Shown: positions 1 to 9,346, numbered from the stretch's first letter. The stretch is 64,000 nucleotides of DNA from an uncultured Ignavibacteriales bacterium (GCA_964627305.1 CAZVHP010000003.1:64927-128926); one strand, 5' to 3'. The notes: a model not told the origin generated them from the letters alone. Program-made: numbers and translations.

Positions 1-364
1 AGCCGGGGTCGAGTTTGTGCCGGGTCGGGCCAAGGTTGGCGACCATGCCCATAGTGACGCACTGGACGGCGGTATCGGCTCGGAAGCCCTTGTAGGCGAA
101 GTGTTCGACGCGTCCGCCGGTGTAGACGGCGGAATCGCCGACGATCCGGTTCTCACCGGCGCCAAGGCGAAGGGGGACTGAGAGGCCGACGACGGGCTGA
201 TCGTTGGTATACGAGACGGTCACCGACCAGTTGAGGTCGTTGATATTCTCGATTTCGACATAGACGGTGTCGATGCTGCCGAAATAGTCGGTCTGCGCGG
301 TCGCCAGCACCGGCGCCATCAGTAGTGCCAGAAGGCAGGGAATCAGGTAGCGATATGGTTTCAT
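1..364 (-). CDS. hypothetical secreted protein, N-terminal part (gene runs off left edge)
   Basis: Not in the ORF track because there is no stop in the window. Reverse-strand ATG at 364 is preceded by GGGAG. Translation MKPYRYLIPCLLALLMAPVLATAQTDYFG... has a signal-peptide-like N-terminus and stays open to position 1. Confidence 0.5.
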   Translation of the reverse strand, partial: MKPYRYLIPCLLALLMAPVLATAQTDYFGSIDTVYVEIENINDLNWSVTVSYTNDQPVVGLSVPLRLGAGENRIVGDSAVYTGGRVEHFAYKGFRADTAVQCVTMGMVANLGPTRHKLDPG

Positions 365-453
365 CAGTTACTCCCAAAGAGGCTATTGTTAATCGTTGTC
401 ATGTCTTGTACATACTCCCACAGGGTTCAGATCCCCGATTCTCGGTCACTCGG

Positions 454-1953
454 TCAGCTTTCGAATGAGGGGCGCTCAGCCCTGGCGAGTGACTGGCGGA
501 GGGCTTCCCGGAGTGAATCGGCGACGGCCGGTCTGCTCAGTTTCTGATCATAGATGCGGATGGCGTTGACAATGGCTCGCTGGCCGATGGTCGCCTTGGG
601 GTAGCTGTCATACACCCGGGTGAGGATATCGGCGGCTTCCTGCCACCGTCCCTGTTGTCCAAACAGGTCGGACTTGAAGAGCCTGGCGCGTGCCTCGTCG
701 ACAGTTCCGCTTCGTCGGGCGATCATTTCATCGTAGACAAGTTCAGCATCTTCGTACCATCGGGCGGCCTCATCGTGGCGTCCCTGCTTCTGGAACTCTT
801 TGGCAAGGTAGAGATAGGTGGACAGAGCTTCATCCGATTCGCGGTACTTTTCAAGGAGCACTTTGTATTCGGCGAGGGCGCGGTTGAAGCTTCCCTCGAG
901 CTCAAAGGACCGTGCCAGCGTGTACTGGGCCAGGGGGCTGGAGGTGAAGTGGCGACGGTGGTTGTCGCGGACGTCGACGAGCAGTTCGCGGGCCTCGGCG
1001 AACCTGCCCTGATCCATCTTTGCGCCGGCCTTCTTGAGCTTGATGACGGGAACATAGTTGCTGTCTGCCGGTTGGAGGTCGCTCATCAGGGAGTCATACA
1101 GCCGCACGGCGGTTGCGAACTGGCGAAGCTCCCGGGCATAGATGTCGGCGATTTCAAGGCGGGCGCGTTTGAGTGTGTGGCCGGCGGAATCAACCATGAG
1201 GGTGAGGTGCTCGATGGCTTTCGGCCAGTCTGCTTTCATCTGGTAGACCTGGCTGAGGTTGCTGTGGCTTGGTACCACAATGATGGTGCCGGGGTACTCA
1301 TCGATCAGGCCCTGGTAGTAGTCGCGTGCCCAGGGAAAACGCTGGTTGAAGGAAGCGGTGTCGTTGATACTGGTGATGACGCGCAGAACGTGAGCCGGCA
1401 GATTGAACAGGCGGCCGACTATCTGGGTGCCGCTGGTGGGCGGGTAGAAGCGATCGACAGCGTTGTCATAGACGGTCAGGGCACTATCCCAGCGGCCGGC
1501 GGCCTGCAGGCACTGCCCGAGATTGACATAGGTAACCATGAGGTCTGAATCGTAGAGGCTGACCTCGCTGAGCAGTCGGTTAAGGATGGTGACGCAGGTG
1601 TCGTAATGGTCGATGGTGTAATACATCTGGGTGAGTCTGCTGGCGGCCTGATGGGCGAGGGTGGACATCTCGCGGGTTTCCACCGGGTAGCGGGCCGAGT
1701 CGACGGCTTTGAGACCGCCCAGGCAGATTTCGAAGACTTCGCCATAGGAGTCGGCAATCGACTGCTTCAGGGAAGCATCGGCCAGGTCCGGGCGTATCTG
1801 TAGTTCGGCGAGTTGGCGCTCGGTCTGCTCGTAGAGCTTCTCCGCCTGATAGCGGACTTTGAGTGCCGGGTTGTCGCTGCAGGCGACCGTGGTCAAGGCC
1901 AGCAGTGCCAGCGCGACAAGGATACATCTTGTTACATCCGTGTGTTTGTTCAT
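454..1953 (-). CDS. TPR-repeat lipoprotein
   Basis: ORF 454..1974 begins with TTG. The ATG at 1953 gives MNKHTDVTRCILVALALLALTTVAC, a lipobox-type signal peptide. The rest is TPR-like helical repeat sequence. Confidence 0.7.
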   Translation of the reverse strand: MNKHTDVTRCILVALALLALTTVACSDNPALKVRYQAEKLYEQTERQLAELQIRPDLADASLKQSIADSYGEVFEICLGGLKAVDSARYPVETREMSTLAHQAASRLTQMYYTIDHYDTCVTILNRLLSEVSLYDSDLMVTYVNLGQCLQAAGRWDSALTVYDNAVDRFYPPTSGTQIVGRLFNLPAHVLRVITSINDTASFNQRFPWARDYYQGLIDEYPGTIIVVPSHSNLSQVYQMKADWPKAIEHLTLMVDSAGHTLKRARLEIADIYARELRQFATAVRLYDSLMSDLQPADSNYVPVIKLKKAGAKMDQGRFAEARELLVDVRDNHRRHFTSSPLAQYTLARSFELEGSFNRALAEYKVLLEKYRESDEALSTYLYLAKEFQKQGRHDEAARWYEDAELVYDEMIARRSGTVDEARARLFKSDLFGQQGRWQEAADILTRVYDSYPKATIGQRAIVNAIRIYDQKLSRPAVADSLREALRQSLARAERPSFES

Positions 1954-2084
1954 CCTACAACCTATATCGGACAATCAGTTAGAGTATTCAGTGACCAGTG
2001 GGTGAAATATAGGGGCTGACTGCAATCACTACAAGTGTATTGTGAGGGCTTTGGTCGTGTCGGTTGTGTTGTGCCGGAACAGGC

Positions 2085-2113
2085 AAAAAAAGAACCCGCC
2101 GAATGGCGGGTTC
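2085..2113 (-). terminator. rho-independent terminator of the PEP-CTERM gene
   Basis: Reverse strand reads GAACCCGCC-attc-GGCGGGTTC followed by TTTTTTT, about 40 nt past the stop at 2153. Confidence 0.75.
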
Positions 2114-2152
2114 CTTTTGGTGAATTTGCTACGTGAGCCAAATTACTTGCAA

Positions 2153-2923
2153 TTACTTATTGCGGCGACGGAGGATGCCGGCACCCAGCAGGCCCAGACC
2201 GAACAGGGCGATGGTGGTCGGCTCAGGAATCGGGTTGTACTCGATCTTGTCGTTGCCGCAGCGCCAAGTCTGGCTCAGGGTGAAGTAGTTATAGTCACCC
2301 AGCAACTCCTTGTCGAACGCGAACTCGTAGAAGTAAGTACCAGTCTGCCAGGCGTACATGGGATCGCTCTCGACATAGCCCATGAAGGTCAGGTGGCTCT
2401 CAACGACGCCCTCAATCTTCTGGCCACCGGTAACCTCAAACGGACCGGCCGCGTCGCGAATGGTCGGATTGTGGCCGTAGCCGCCCGGGAGATCCGGGAT
2501 CATGCTGTAGTCGCTAACCATCCAGAGGTCGGAGTCGTAACCGAATTCGGCATTAATGTTTGCATTGACATCAATGGCGAACATGTTGCCGGTGTTGGTG
2601 GTGATGAAAAGGTCACCCATCCACCACTCGCGGCCCTGCGCCCAGACGCTCCAGCCGGAGCTGTTGGTGACGCCGATGTAGACGCGGCTCTCGTCGGAAC
2701 GGACGAAGATGCCTTCGAGGTCAAACGCCTCGCCACCGACGTCGAGGTTACCCGGGGAGGGGACATTGCCGACACCGCCGGGATAGCTGATCGGGGACCA
2801 GTTGTTGTTGTGGTCAAACATGTCATCGTAGCTGTCGAACGTAAAGAAATTGGTGTTGACCTGCGCGGAGGCGACACCAGCCACGAAGACCAGACCGAGT
2901 GCGAGAGTAAGCAGTTTCTTCAT
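2153..2923 (-). CDS. PEP-CTERM sorting domain-containing secreted protein
   Basis: Signal peptide MKKLLTLALGLVFVAGVASAQ. ATG 2923 has GAGGA 8 nt upstream, while the ORF track starts at 2935. C-terminus PEPTTIALFGLGLLGAGILRRRNK is a PEP motif plus TM helix plus basic tail. Confidence 0.85.
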   Translation of the reverse strand: MKKLLTLALGLVFVAGVASAQVNTNFFTFDSYDDMFDHNNNWSPISYPGGVGNVPSPGNLDVGGEAFDLEGIFVRSDESRVYIGVTNSSGWSVWAQGREWWMGDLFITTNTGNMFAIDVNANINAEFGYDSDLWMVSDYSMIPDLPGGYGHNPTIRDAAGPFEVTGGQKIEGVVESHLTFMGYVESDPMYAWQTGTYFYEFAFDKELLGDYNYFTLSQTWRCGNDKIEYNPIPEPTTIALFGLGLLGAGILRRRNK

Positions 2924-3118
2924 TTTAGTCCTCATTGTTGGTTATAGGTATGTTTTCCAGTTATTCTATCTTCTGAGCCCGTAATGAGCAATTGTGATGC
3001 CAAAGAGCGACAGGGTCGATTGTTTTATTCGTAAGGTATTGTACTACAGCGGTTTATTTCTCGATAGCGAGCACGCAACGGGTGCTGCCGGCATTGTCCG
3101 GCCAATATGTCGCCTGGG

Positions 3119-3139
3119 AGTGTCCAGACTGTGGACAAC
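3119..3139. promoter_or_regulatory. dyad-symmetric site AGTGTCC-N7-GGACAAC (operator candidate, copy 1)
   Basis: Read directly: AGTGTCCAGACTGTGGACAAC. It has the same half-sites and 7-nt spacer as the copy at 3419. Confidence 0.35.
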
Positions 3140-3418
3140 GACAAGCCGGGGGCAGGGCTGGCTTGTCGGGAGTAAAGCATTGTTGAGCAATGGCTTATGC
3201 CAAATAGTCGGCGGCGGTCCTGGTGACGAGGGGGATCACGGCGTTGTGTGACTGCGTCCGTCGGTCCGGAATCACGGGATGCGCGATACGACCACCTGCC
3301 CAGGATGTGTAAGCTTAAGTTTTGCAGCGCCTTATGCGAGGCCGCCGGGGCCTGACAGGAACCGGCGTGGACTGTTGGACCCTCTTTGGGTTGTCAAAGG
3401 GCCGGAAGGCTGGTCCGA

Positions 3419-3439
3419 AGTGTCCGGAGACTGGACACT
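3419..3439. promoter_or_regulatory. perfect dyad AGTGTCC-N7-GGACACT (operator candidate, copy 2)
   Basis: Read directly: AGTGTCCGGAGACTGGACACT with 7-bp perfect inverted arms. It lies 80 bp upstream of the portal-like ATG and exactly 300 bp from copy 1. Confidence 0.4.
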
Positions 3440-3518
3440 CGAAAACCGGTCCAGGGCATTTTTGCTACTGGTTCTGAGGTGATTTCCGCCGGGCAGACAG
3501 GGGAAAAGGAGGGTTTCA

Positions 3519-4787
3519 ATGAAGTCAAAGAAGACCATAGCAGTCTATAATAGGAAGAGTAACAATAGTCTTCGGCAGGCAGTCTCGGTAGCCGGTGCTG
3601 ATGATCGGAGTCTGCCGACGGCGGCTCGTCTGGAGCGGGTGCTGCGGTTGACGCCACCGGAAGTACATGAGGGGCGGCACCGCATCCGGCTGTATCGATT
3701 TCTGGCCGAGAGCATTCCCAGTGTGAGTGCCTGTCTGTGGACGTGGGTCCGTCTGACGGCCTCGCCGGCGCGCCTGGTGCCCGATGAGACAGCGCCATTG
3801 GCTGTGCAGGATCGGGCGCGGGCGGTGCTGGAGCAGTTGGCTCGTCGGTTGTATCCGAGGCCGCATAACCGTCATACCGATCTGAAGCGCCTGGTAACCG
3901 ATGTTTGTCTGCATTTGTATCGTGATGGTGGTTTCGGGGGTTTTCTGACCGTACTGGCTGACGGTTCCGGGGTTGACGGTGTGTTTCCGGTCGATCCGGT
4001 GCATATCGGCACGGACTACTCGCGCGGGCGGGTATCTTTGGTGCTGCAGACCGACACGAAGGCGGTGTCGCTGGACCGGCCGGATTTCTATCACCTGCCG
4101 ATGGGGGGCGGGGTTGATGATCCTTTCGGCCGTTCGCTGCTGGCGGGGATTCCTTTTGTGGCATATATCGAACAGCAACTGGTCGATGATATGCGCCGGG
4201 CGGTGCACAATGCCGGGTATCATCGGTTGCACGTGAAGATCACGCCGCCGGAGCGTCAGGCCGGGGAGTCGGACCGGGGCTATACTGAGCGGATCAATGA
4301 GTACTTTGATGCCACGGTGGGCATGATTCGTTCGTGTCGGACCGAGGACAATCCGGTGACGTGGGACAATGTGGCGATTGAGTACATCGGCCCGGGCGGG
4401 GTGCGCAGTCAGAGCAACAGTTGGTTTTTCAATCACCGGGCGATGATCGAGGAGATCTGCGGGGGGATGAACCTGGCGCCGTTTCTTCTTGGCTATTCGT
4501 ATGGTGCCACCACGACCTGGTCGGCGTTCAAATTCGATCTGGTCATGCGGCAGGTGCATACGGTGCAGCAGCAGGTAGCATCATTTCTGGAGTGGATTGG
4601 AAATATTGAGCTGGCCCTGCGGGGGGTGCCGGTGTCGTGCCGTGCGGAATTCGAAAACAGCTTCAGTTATCAGGCGAAAGAGCAGGCGGAGATTCAGTCG
4701 CGGCGGACCGACGGCCTGCTGAAGCTGTACGAGGCGGGGTTGATCGATGAGGTGATGGCGAAAGCGCAGGCGGCGAAGCTTCTCTGA
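3519..4787 (+). CDS. putative phage portal protein
   Basis: 422-aa ORF with an AAGGAGGG RBS, ending 1 nt before the terminase gene. Size, position and overall sequence pattern fit a portal. No single diagnostic motif was verified. Confidence 0.55.
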   Translation: MKSKKTIAVYNRKSNNSLRQAVSVAGADDRSLPTAARLERVLRLTPPEVHEGRHRIRLYRFLAESIPSVSACLWTWVRLTASPARLVPDETAPLAVQDRARAVLEQLARRLYPRPHNRHTDLKRLVTDVCLHLYRDGGFGGFLTVLADGSGVDGVFPVDPVHIGTDYSRGRVSLVLQTDTKAVSLDRPDFYHLPMGGGVDDPFGRSLLAGIPFVAYIEQQLVDDMRRAVHNAGYHRLHVKITPPERQAGESDRGYTERINEYFDATVGMIRSCRTEDNPVTWDNVAIEYIGPGGVRSQSNSWFFNHRAMIEEICGGMNLAPFLLGYSYGATTTWSAFKFDLVMRQVHTVQQQVASFLEWIGNIELALRGVPVSCRAEFENSFSYQAKEQAEIQSRRTDGLLKLYEAGLIDEVMAKAQAAKLL

Positions 4788-4788
4788 C

Positions 4789-6126
4789 ATGAAGCCGGGA
4801 AGTGTTGACTGGCGGCGATGTCTTGGCGACCCGGCGCATTTCGCGCGCGAGGTTCTCGGGCAGCGGCTGCATCCGGGGCAGGCGGCGTGGCTGACCAATT
4901 CGCGGTGTCGGGAGAATCTGCTGGCGACCGGTAATCGGTGGGGGAAATCGTTCGTATCGGCAGTGAAGCTGGTGCATGCCGCGCTGTTTCGGGTGCGTTC
5001 GACCCGTTTCGATGGATCGGGACGCTACCGGGCCGTGGTGGCTTCGATTACCCAGGAGCAGGCGAACCTTGTGTTCGATCAGGCCGTGCGGCTGGTGCAC
5101 CAGTCGCCCCTGCTGGCGCCACTGGTTGGCTCGCTGGTGCGGACGCCCTTTCCGCGCCTGACTTTGGGTAATGGCGCCACCATTGAGTCGCGGTCTACCC
5201 AGAACAGGGGGCAGTATCTGCTGGGCAATGATTATGACCTGTTCGTGTTCGACGAGGTGGCTTTCGAGAGCGACGCCGAGTATGTGGTCGAGGAGGTCAT
5301 CCAGATGCGACTGGCTGATCGTGAGGGGCGGCTGGACCTGGTATCGACTCCCAATGGCAAGAACTGGTTCTACAGGCGGGCGTGCGAATTGCAGTCAGGG
5401 GTGCGTCGGGGTTACTACCAGACGGGCGACAGCCGGGAGAATGTTGCCATATCGAGGCGGTTTCTGCACGAGCGGGTGCGTTGTTTTTCGGAGCGACGGG
5501 TTCGCCAGAACATCATGGGGCAGTTCGTGGACAGCGGCGGGGAGGTCATTCCCGGTGCTCATGTCGACCTGGCGCTGGCGCTGGAGGCGCGGTTGCGGCG
5601 TCGGGGCACGGCGGAGTCAGTCGGCGAAGGGCGCTATGTGACCGGCTGGGACCTGGCGCGCAAGCGGACGGCGACTGTGGGCGTGACGGTGGCCCTCGTG
5701 GACGGGGTTGCGCGGGTCGTGGCGCTGGAGCGTTTTCAGCACCTTGACTGGCAGGTGGTGATCGAACGAATCAAGGCTCGTCAGCGGGGCTATCCGGGGC
5801 AGTTGGTTCTGGATGCAACCGGGCTGGGGGATGTTATTGCACAGCAGCTTGCCGAATACAATCCGCTGTGTTTCGTGTTCACGCCGGTGAGCAAATCGGA
5901 ACTGCTGACCAATCTGGAGGTGATACATGCCCAGCGGCGAATCGCATACGGGCGCTGGGAGATTGCCGACAGTCAGGGGAGGGTATGGTCGCTGGAGGAC
6001 GAGTTGCGGCAGGCGCGATGGGACGATAACAGCGAATGCGATGCGCTTATGGCGCTGGCCCTGGCGGTGTGGCCCCTGCACAGAGGAGGCCGGGCGGCCG
6101 TTCAGCCTCGGGTAGGACGCATTTGA
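4789..6126 (+). CDS. phage terminase large subunit
   Basis: Walker A-like LATGNRWGKS and Walker B DYDLFVFDEVAF. C-terminal RNaseH-like nuclease acidic motifs (GWDLARKRT, VLDATGLGD, ECDALMALA). Confidence 0.75.
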   Translation: MKPGSVDWRRCLGDPAHFAREVLGQRLHPGQAAWLTNSRCRENLLATGNRWGKSFVSAVKLVHAALFRVRSTRFDGSGRYRAVVASITQEQANLVFDQAVRLVHQSPLLAPLVGSLVRTPFPRLTLGNGATIESRSTQNRGQYLLGNDYDLFVFDEVAFESDAEYVVEEVIQMRLADREGRLDLVSTPNGKNWFYRRACELQSGVRRGYYQTGDSRENVAISRRFLHERVRCFSERRVRQNIMGQFVDSGGEVIPGAHVDLALALEARLRRRGTAESVGEGRYVTGWDLARKRTATVGVTVALVDGVARVVALERFQHLDWQVVIERIKARQRGYPGQLVLDATGLGDVIAQQLAEYNPLCFVFTPVSKSELLTNLEVIHAQRRIAYGRWEIADSQGRVWSLEDELRQARWDDNSECDALMALALAVWPLHRGGRAAVQPRVGRI

Positions 6127-6191
6127 AATCAGAAGGGGATGAGGGGATGTTCTCTGAGTGTCCGAGTCTGCGTACCGTCCCGGCCTTTGTT

Positions 6192-6237
6192 GAAAAGAGG
6201 AAACGCCTTCTTAGTGGAAGGTCACCTGGGAAGGCGT
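6192..6237 (-). terminator. hairpin terminator candidate for the small PEP-CTERM gene
   Basis: ACGCCTTC (6203-6210) pairs with GAAGGCGT (6230-6237). On the reverse strand it is followed by the T-rich tract TTCCTCTTTTC. Confidence 0.4.
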
Positions 6238-6276
6238 CTCGGGATAGGGGGGGAAGTCTTTCCCGCGACTGTCCGC

Positions 6277-6582
6277 TTATTTGTTCCGTCGCGCCAGATA
6301 GATCCCAGCCAGGCCGGTCGCCATCAGGATCAGGGTGGTCGGCTCGGGAACAGCAGGCGGATCGTCAGAGTGATGATTCGTCACATGCCCGTCGGGAGTA
6401 AGCGCAGTCATGTCATATACATACTGAGTCGTAATGGTCCCGTCGGGACCGGTTGGCGTGCCGCCTTTCACGAAATTGAAACCATGAACGTCGGAAAAGG
6501 TCACGCCCAGCGCCAGCATGAAGACCAGTAACGCTATGATCCACTTGAACGGATGTGATGCCTTGGTCTGGGTTTTTCTCAT
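6277..6582 (-). CDS. small PEP-CTERM sorting domain-containing protein
   Basis: ATG 6582 has AGGTG 6 nt upstream, while the ORF track starts at TTG 6612. N-terminal hydrophobic signal WIIALLVFMLALGV. C-terminus VPEPTTLILMATGLAGIYLARRNK. Confidence 0.75.
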   Translation of the reverse strand: MRKTQTKASHPFKWIIALLVFMLALGVTFSDVHGFNFVKGGTPTGPDGTITTQYVYDMTALTPDGHVTNHHSDDPPAVPEPTTLILMATGLAGIYLARRNK

Positions 6583-6838
6583 AATCGCACCTAAGTTGTT
6601 GGAAACAGACAAACTACCTCATTCGATACCAAAGCAATCGCGGTGCCGTTAGGGGTGCGGCTGGCATCTTGAGGTCGTATGTTCTTGCTCCACAAACTGT
6701 TAACACATTCCTAACAAAACAGTACTGATTTGGTGGCGAATATCAGATAATGCACTACTTTGCACACAATTACTACAACTGTGCAGCAATTGGCCTGAGG
6801 GGCGGCATTGGTAAAGGAGACAACAGATTGGAGCCCAT

Positions 6839-8434
6839 ATGGATGAGCGCATAGGACGGATTGTCGCCCGGCTTTCGGAGGGGGATACTCCGGGGGTTGA
6901 GGCGGAACAGATTGATCGTATCAATCGGAATGTCTCGCCGGAGCAGCCGGTGCGTGCGGGGGAGGTTTACATCCGGCGAATGCTGATTTTATCGGACCGG
7001 GTTAACAGCTTTGGTGGGCGTTTTCCGGCCGAAGAACATGCCCGTCTGGCCGAGTTGCTGGTGGACTCGCCGGTGCTGATCGGTCACCGCAAGGACAGTC
7101 TGCCGATCGGGCGGACGTTCCACGCGGAGTGTGTCAGTCGTGGGGGCATCCGCTGGGTGCTGAGTTACTTCTATTGGCTGAAGGCTACCCGTGGAGCTGA
7201 GGATTTGCGGCGGCAGATTGATCAGGGGATTGTCAAGGAGTGTTCGATTGGGTTCGTATTCGGGCGGGCGGAGTGCTCCATTTGCGGGTGCGATATCCGC
7301 GAATGCGAGCATGAGCCGTTGGCGAGCTACCGCGTGAGCGGGGTCGAGCGCCGCTGCTGGTTCGACTATCGGGACATTCGCAAAGTATTGGAGACCTCGC
7401 TGGTCTACCGCGGGGCGACTCCGGACACGCGGGTGGGCAGCGAACTGGCCGAGGAGTCGGTCATCGTGCCGGTTCTGCAAGCGGGCGCGGGAGAGAATGA
7501 TGCGCCGGCACAACCGGAACCCCTGATGATGGAAGCGCTCAACCCCGTGGAGCGGTGCCTGGTGATGCCTCGTTATGACGGGGTGCCGGTGCGGTTGCAG
7601 ATTGGGGAATCGAAGGTTGTACTGATGTCGGTCGAGGGGCGACAGCTCGCGGACATGGGCGGGGTCGTGTCTTGCAGCCGAATGCATGGGGGTGCGACCG
7701 AAAGCCTGCCGGACGACTCGTGCGAGAACACGCGGGCTGTCACACTGGCCGGTTTGCTGGTGGGGTATCGCGGCAAATCGCGCTGCCCCGTTGAGCAGGT
7801 GCAACGCTACCTGCACGGTCTGCCGGGACCGGTCACGCGGCTTGCGTTGATGCTGTGGCCGGGTCAGCAGGGGCAGGTTCATCTGCGGTCGCGCGGTGCG
7901 CTGTCGATCCGGGTCATGCCGCACGAGTGTGTACGGGTGCACCAGTTGCCGGGGGCGGTGGCGCGAGTGAGCAGCCGCGACGGCGGGTGGGTGTGTCTGC
8001 TCGATTCACCGCCGCGGGTGTTCGCGGTGAGCGGGAGCGACCTTGAACGGGCCGGTGGCAGTTTCGGCTGGCTGGTGCAGGCGGAGAGCGCGGTGTATCT
8101 GCTGCTGGCCGACGGCAAGGGGACGCAGTGCTGGCGACTGGCCGGGGCGGACCTCGGTTCATTTGGTTGCGGGCGTGGCCGTGGTTGTCTGGCCGAACGG
8201 ATGGAGGCACCGCCGGACGATGTCGGGGTGGGTGCGTATGTCGGCGCGCCGGTGATGACCCGGCGGGGAACACAGGGCGCGTGGCGGCTGGAGGCGTCCG
8301 AGGCGTCATTCGACGGGATGAGCCTGCGGCCGATTGTGCTCAGGGGGTGCGTGAGGCACCTGCTGCGGCCGGGCGCGGGTCAGGTCGCCGGCGGGAGTTT
8401 CACGAATGAAGAAGGTGATTTGGATGAGAAGTAA
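6839..8434 (+). CDS. HK97/S78-type prohead protease domain fused to a ~290-aa C-terminal extension (scaffold-like?)
   Basis: N-terminal third shows the S78-like pattern PVLIGHRKDSLPIGRTF ... IVKECSIGFVFG (His and Ser motifs), followed by a Cys/His cluster CSICGCDIRECEH. The rest has no motif I recognise. Confidence 0.6.
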   Translation: MDERIGRIVARLSEGDTPGVEAEQIDRINRNVSPEQPVRAGEVYIRRMLILSDRVNSFGGRFPAEEHARLAELLVDSPVLIGHRKDSLPIGRTFHAECVSRGGIRWVLSYFYWLKATRGAEDLRRQIDQGIVKECSIGFVFGRAECSICGCDIRECEHEPLASYRVSGVERRCWFDYRDIRKVLETSLVYRGATPDTRVGSELAEESVIVPVLQAGAGENDAPAQPEPLMMEALNPVERCLVMPRYDGVPVRLQIGESKVVLMSVEGRQLADMGGVVSCSRMHGGATESLPDDSCENTRAVTLAGLLVGYRGKSRCPVEQVQRYLHGLPGPVTRLALMLWPGQQGQVHLRSRGALSIRVMPHECVRVHQLPGAVARVSSRDGGWVCLLDSPPRVFAVSGSDLERAGGSFGWLVQAESAVYLLLADGKGTQCWRLAGADLGSFGCGRGRGCLAERMEAPPDDVGVGAYVGAPVMTRRGTQGAWRLEASEASFDGMSLRPIVLRGCVRHLLRPGAGQVAGGSFTNEEGDLDEK

Positions 8435-8738
8435 TGATCGGCACGAGGCGAGCGGCTGGTTCAATTATCACTTGCCGGGCCTGATCACGGTCGTGGTCAG
8501 TATGGTGGCGGCCTACTTCCTGACGATTCAGTCGCTGAAGGTGGAGCTGGCGGCCAAGGCAGAGGGCGTGATGGTTGAGACGCTGGATCGGAAGCTGGCG
8601 ACCTTCGAGGTGCTGCTTCGTGAGGGGGTGGTCAGCCGGGAGCAGTTCTATCAGTTCTCGCGGCAGGTGGAGTCGCGGCTGTCGCGGATTGAATACTATC
8701 TCAAAGAGCAAACAGGGGGCAGGTGTGAAGAACCATGA
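8406..8738 (+). CDS. hypothetical single-TM coiled-coil protein
   Basis: One TM helix (LPGLITVVVSMVAAYFLTIQSL) followed by helical sequence. It overlaps the 3' end of the protease gene by 29 nt. The start is uncertain (8406 or 8424). Confidence 0.4.
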   Translation: MKKVIWMRSNDRHEASGWFNYHLPGLITVVVSMVAAYFLTIQSLKVELAAKAEGVMVETLDRKLATFEVLLREGVVSREQFYQFSRQVESRLSRIEYYLKEQTGGRCEEP

Positions 8739-8748
8739 GTCACAGCAG

Positions 8749-9228
8749 ATGGCAACGGTATCGGAAACGGCGCGGGCGATTCGAGGGGCAGTGGAGCTGA
8801 TCCGAGACGAATCGCTGGCGGTGATGGATTTCGATGAGCTGTGTGGCCGTCTGGAGGCGGCATCGTTGATGCTCGGGCGGCTGGACCGGGCCGAGGCAGA
8901 ACTGGCGGTGCTCAGGCAGGACCTCACGGGTCGCATTGCGGGGATGGCGCGGGCCTCGGCGGTTGCGCGCGGCACGCGGCGTGATCTGGAGACGGCAAGC
9001 GAGCTTACGGAGCGTCTGCCGCTCATGTCGGCGCGGGAGCTGGTGCGGTGTTATGGTCGGGTAGCGGCCCGATTCCGGGATACATTCCCGGCCAGCATGT
9101 CAGCGGTGACATCGTGTACGCGAACACCACACGGGCAGTGGCGCAGAACCGATGAACACACCGCGCCTTTGCAACAGGCACTGACGGGGTTGGTAGACGA
9201 CACGAGGGACCATCGGTCCCGGCCATGA
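8749..9228 (+). CDS. hypothetical helical protein (scaffold-like position)
   Basis: Internal ATG of ORF 8575..9228. MATVSETARAIRGAVELIRDE... is Ala/Arg/Leu-rich and helical. It sits between the protease and capsid genes. Confidence 0.4.
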   Translation: MATVSETARAIRGAVELIRDESLAVMDFDELCGRLEAASLMLGRLDRAEAELAVLRQDLTGRIAGMARASAVARGTRRDLETASELTERLPLMSARELVRCYGRVAARFRDTFPASMSAVTSCTRTPHGQWRRTDEHTAPLQQALTGLVDDTRDHRSRP

Positions 9229-9346
9229 GGGAGTATCTCCCGGCCGCAGGATGTGTGTGGGCAGCATCGCTCAGGACGTTTGAGCCTGAGCGAGAATATG
9301 AGCAAGAGCATGAACATGAGAATGAAGCAAAACGGGGGCAGAACCC

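Noticed and set aside
2994-3482. Small ORFs 2994-3251 and 3279-3482 as a possible small terminase or regulator upstream of the portal gene.
   Set aside because: They have no RBS and an implausible composition, and the region is better explained as regulatory DNA containing the paired palindromes.
7562-7600. PRYDGVPVRL in the protease C-terminal extension resembling the ligase/capping-enzyme motif I (KxDGxR).
   Set aside because: The catalytic Lys position is Arg, and no other nucleotidyltransferase motifs follow.
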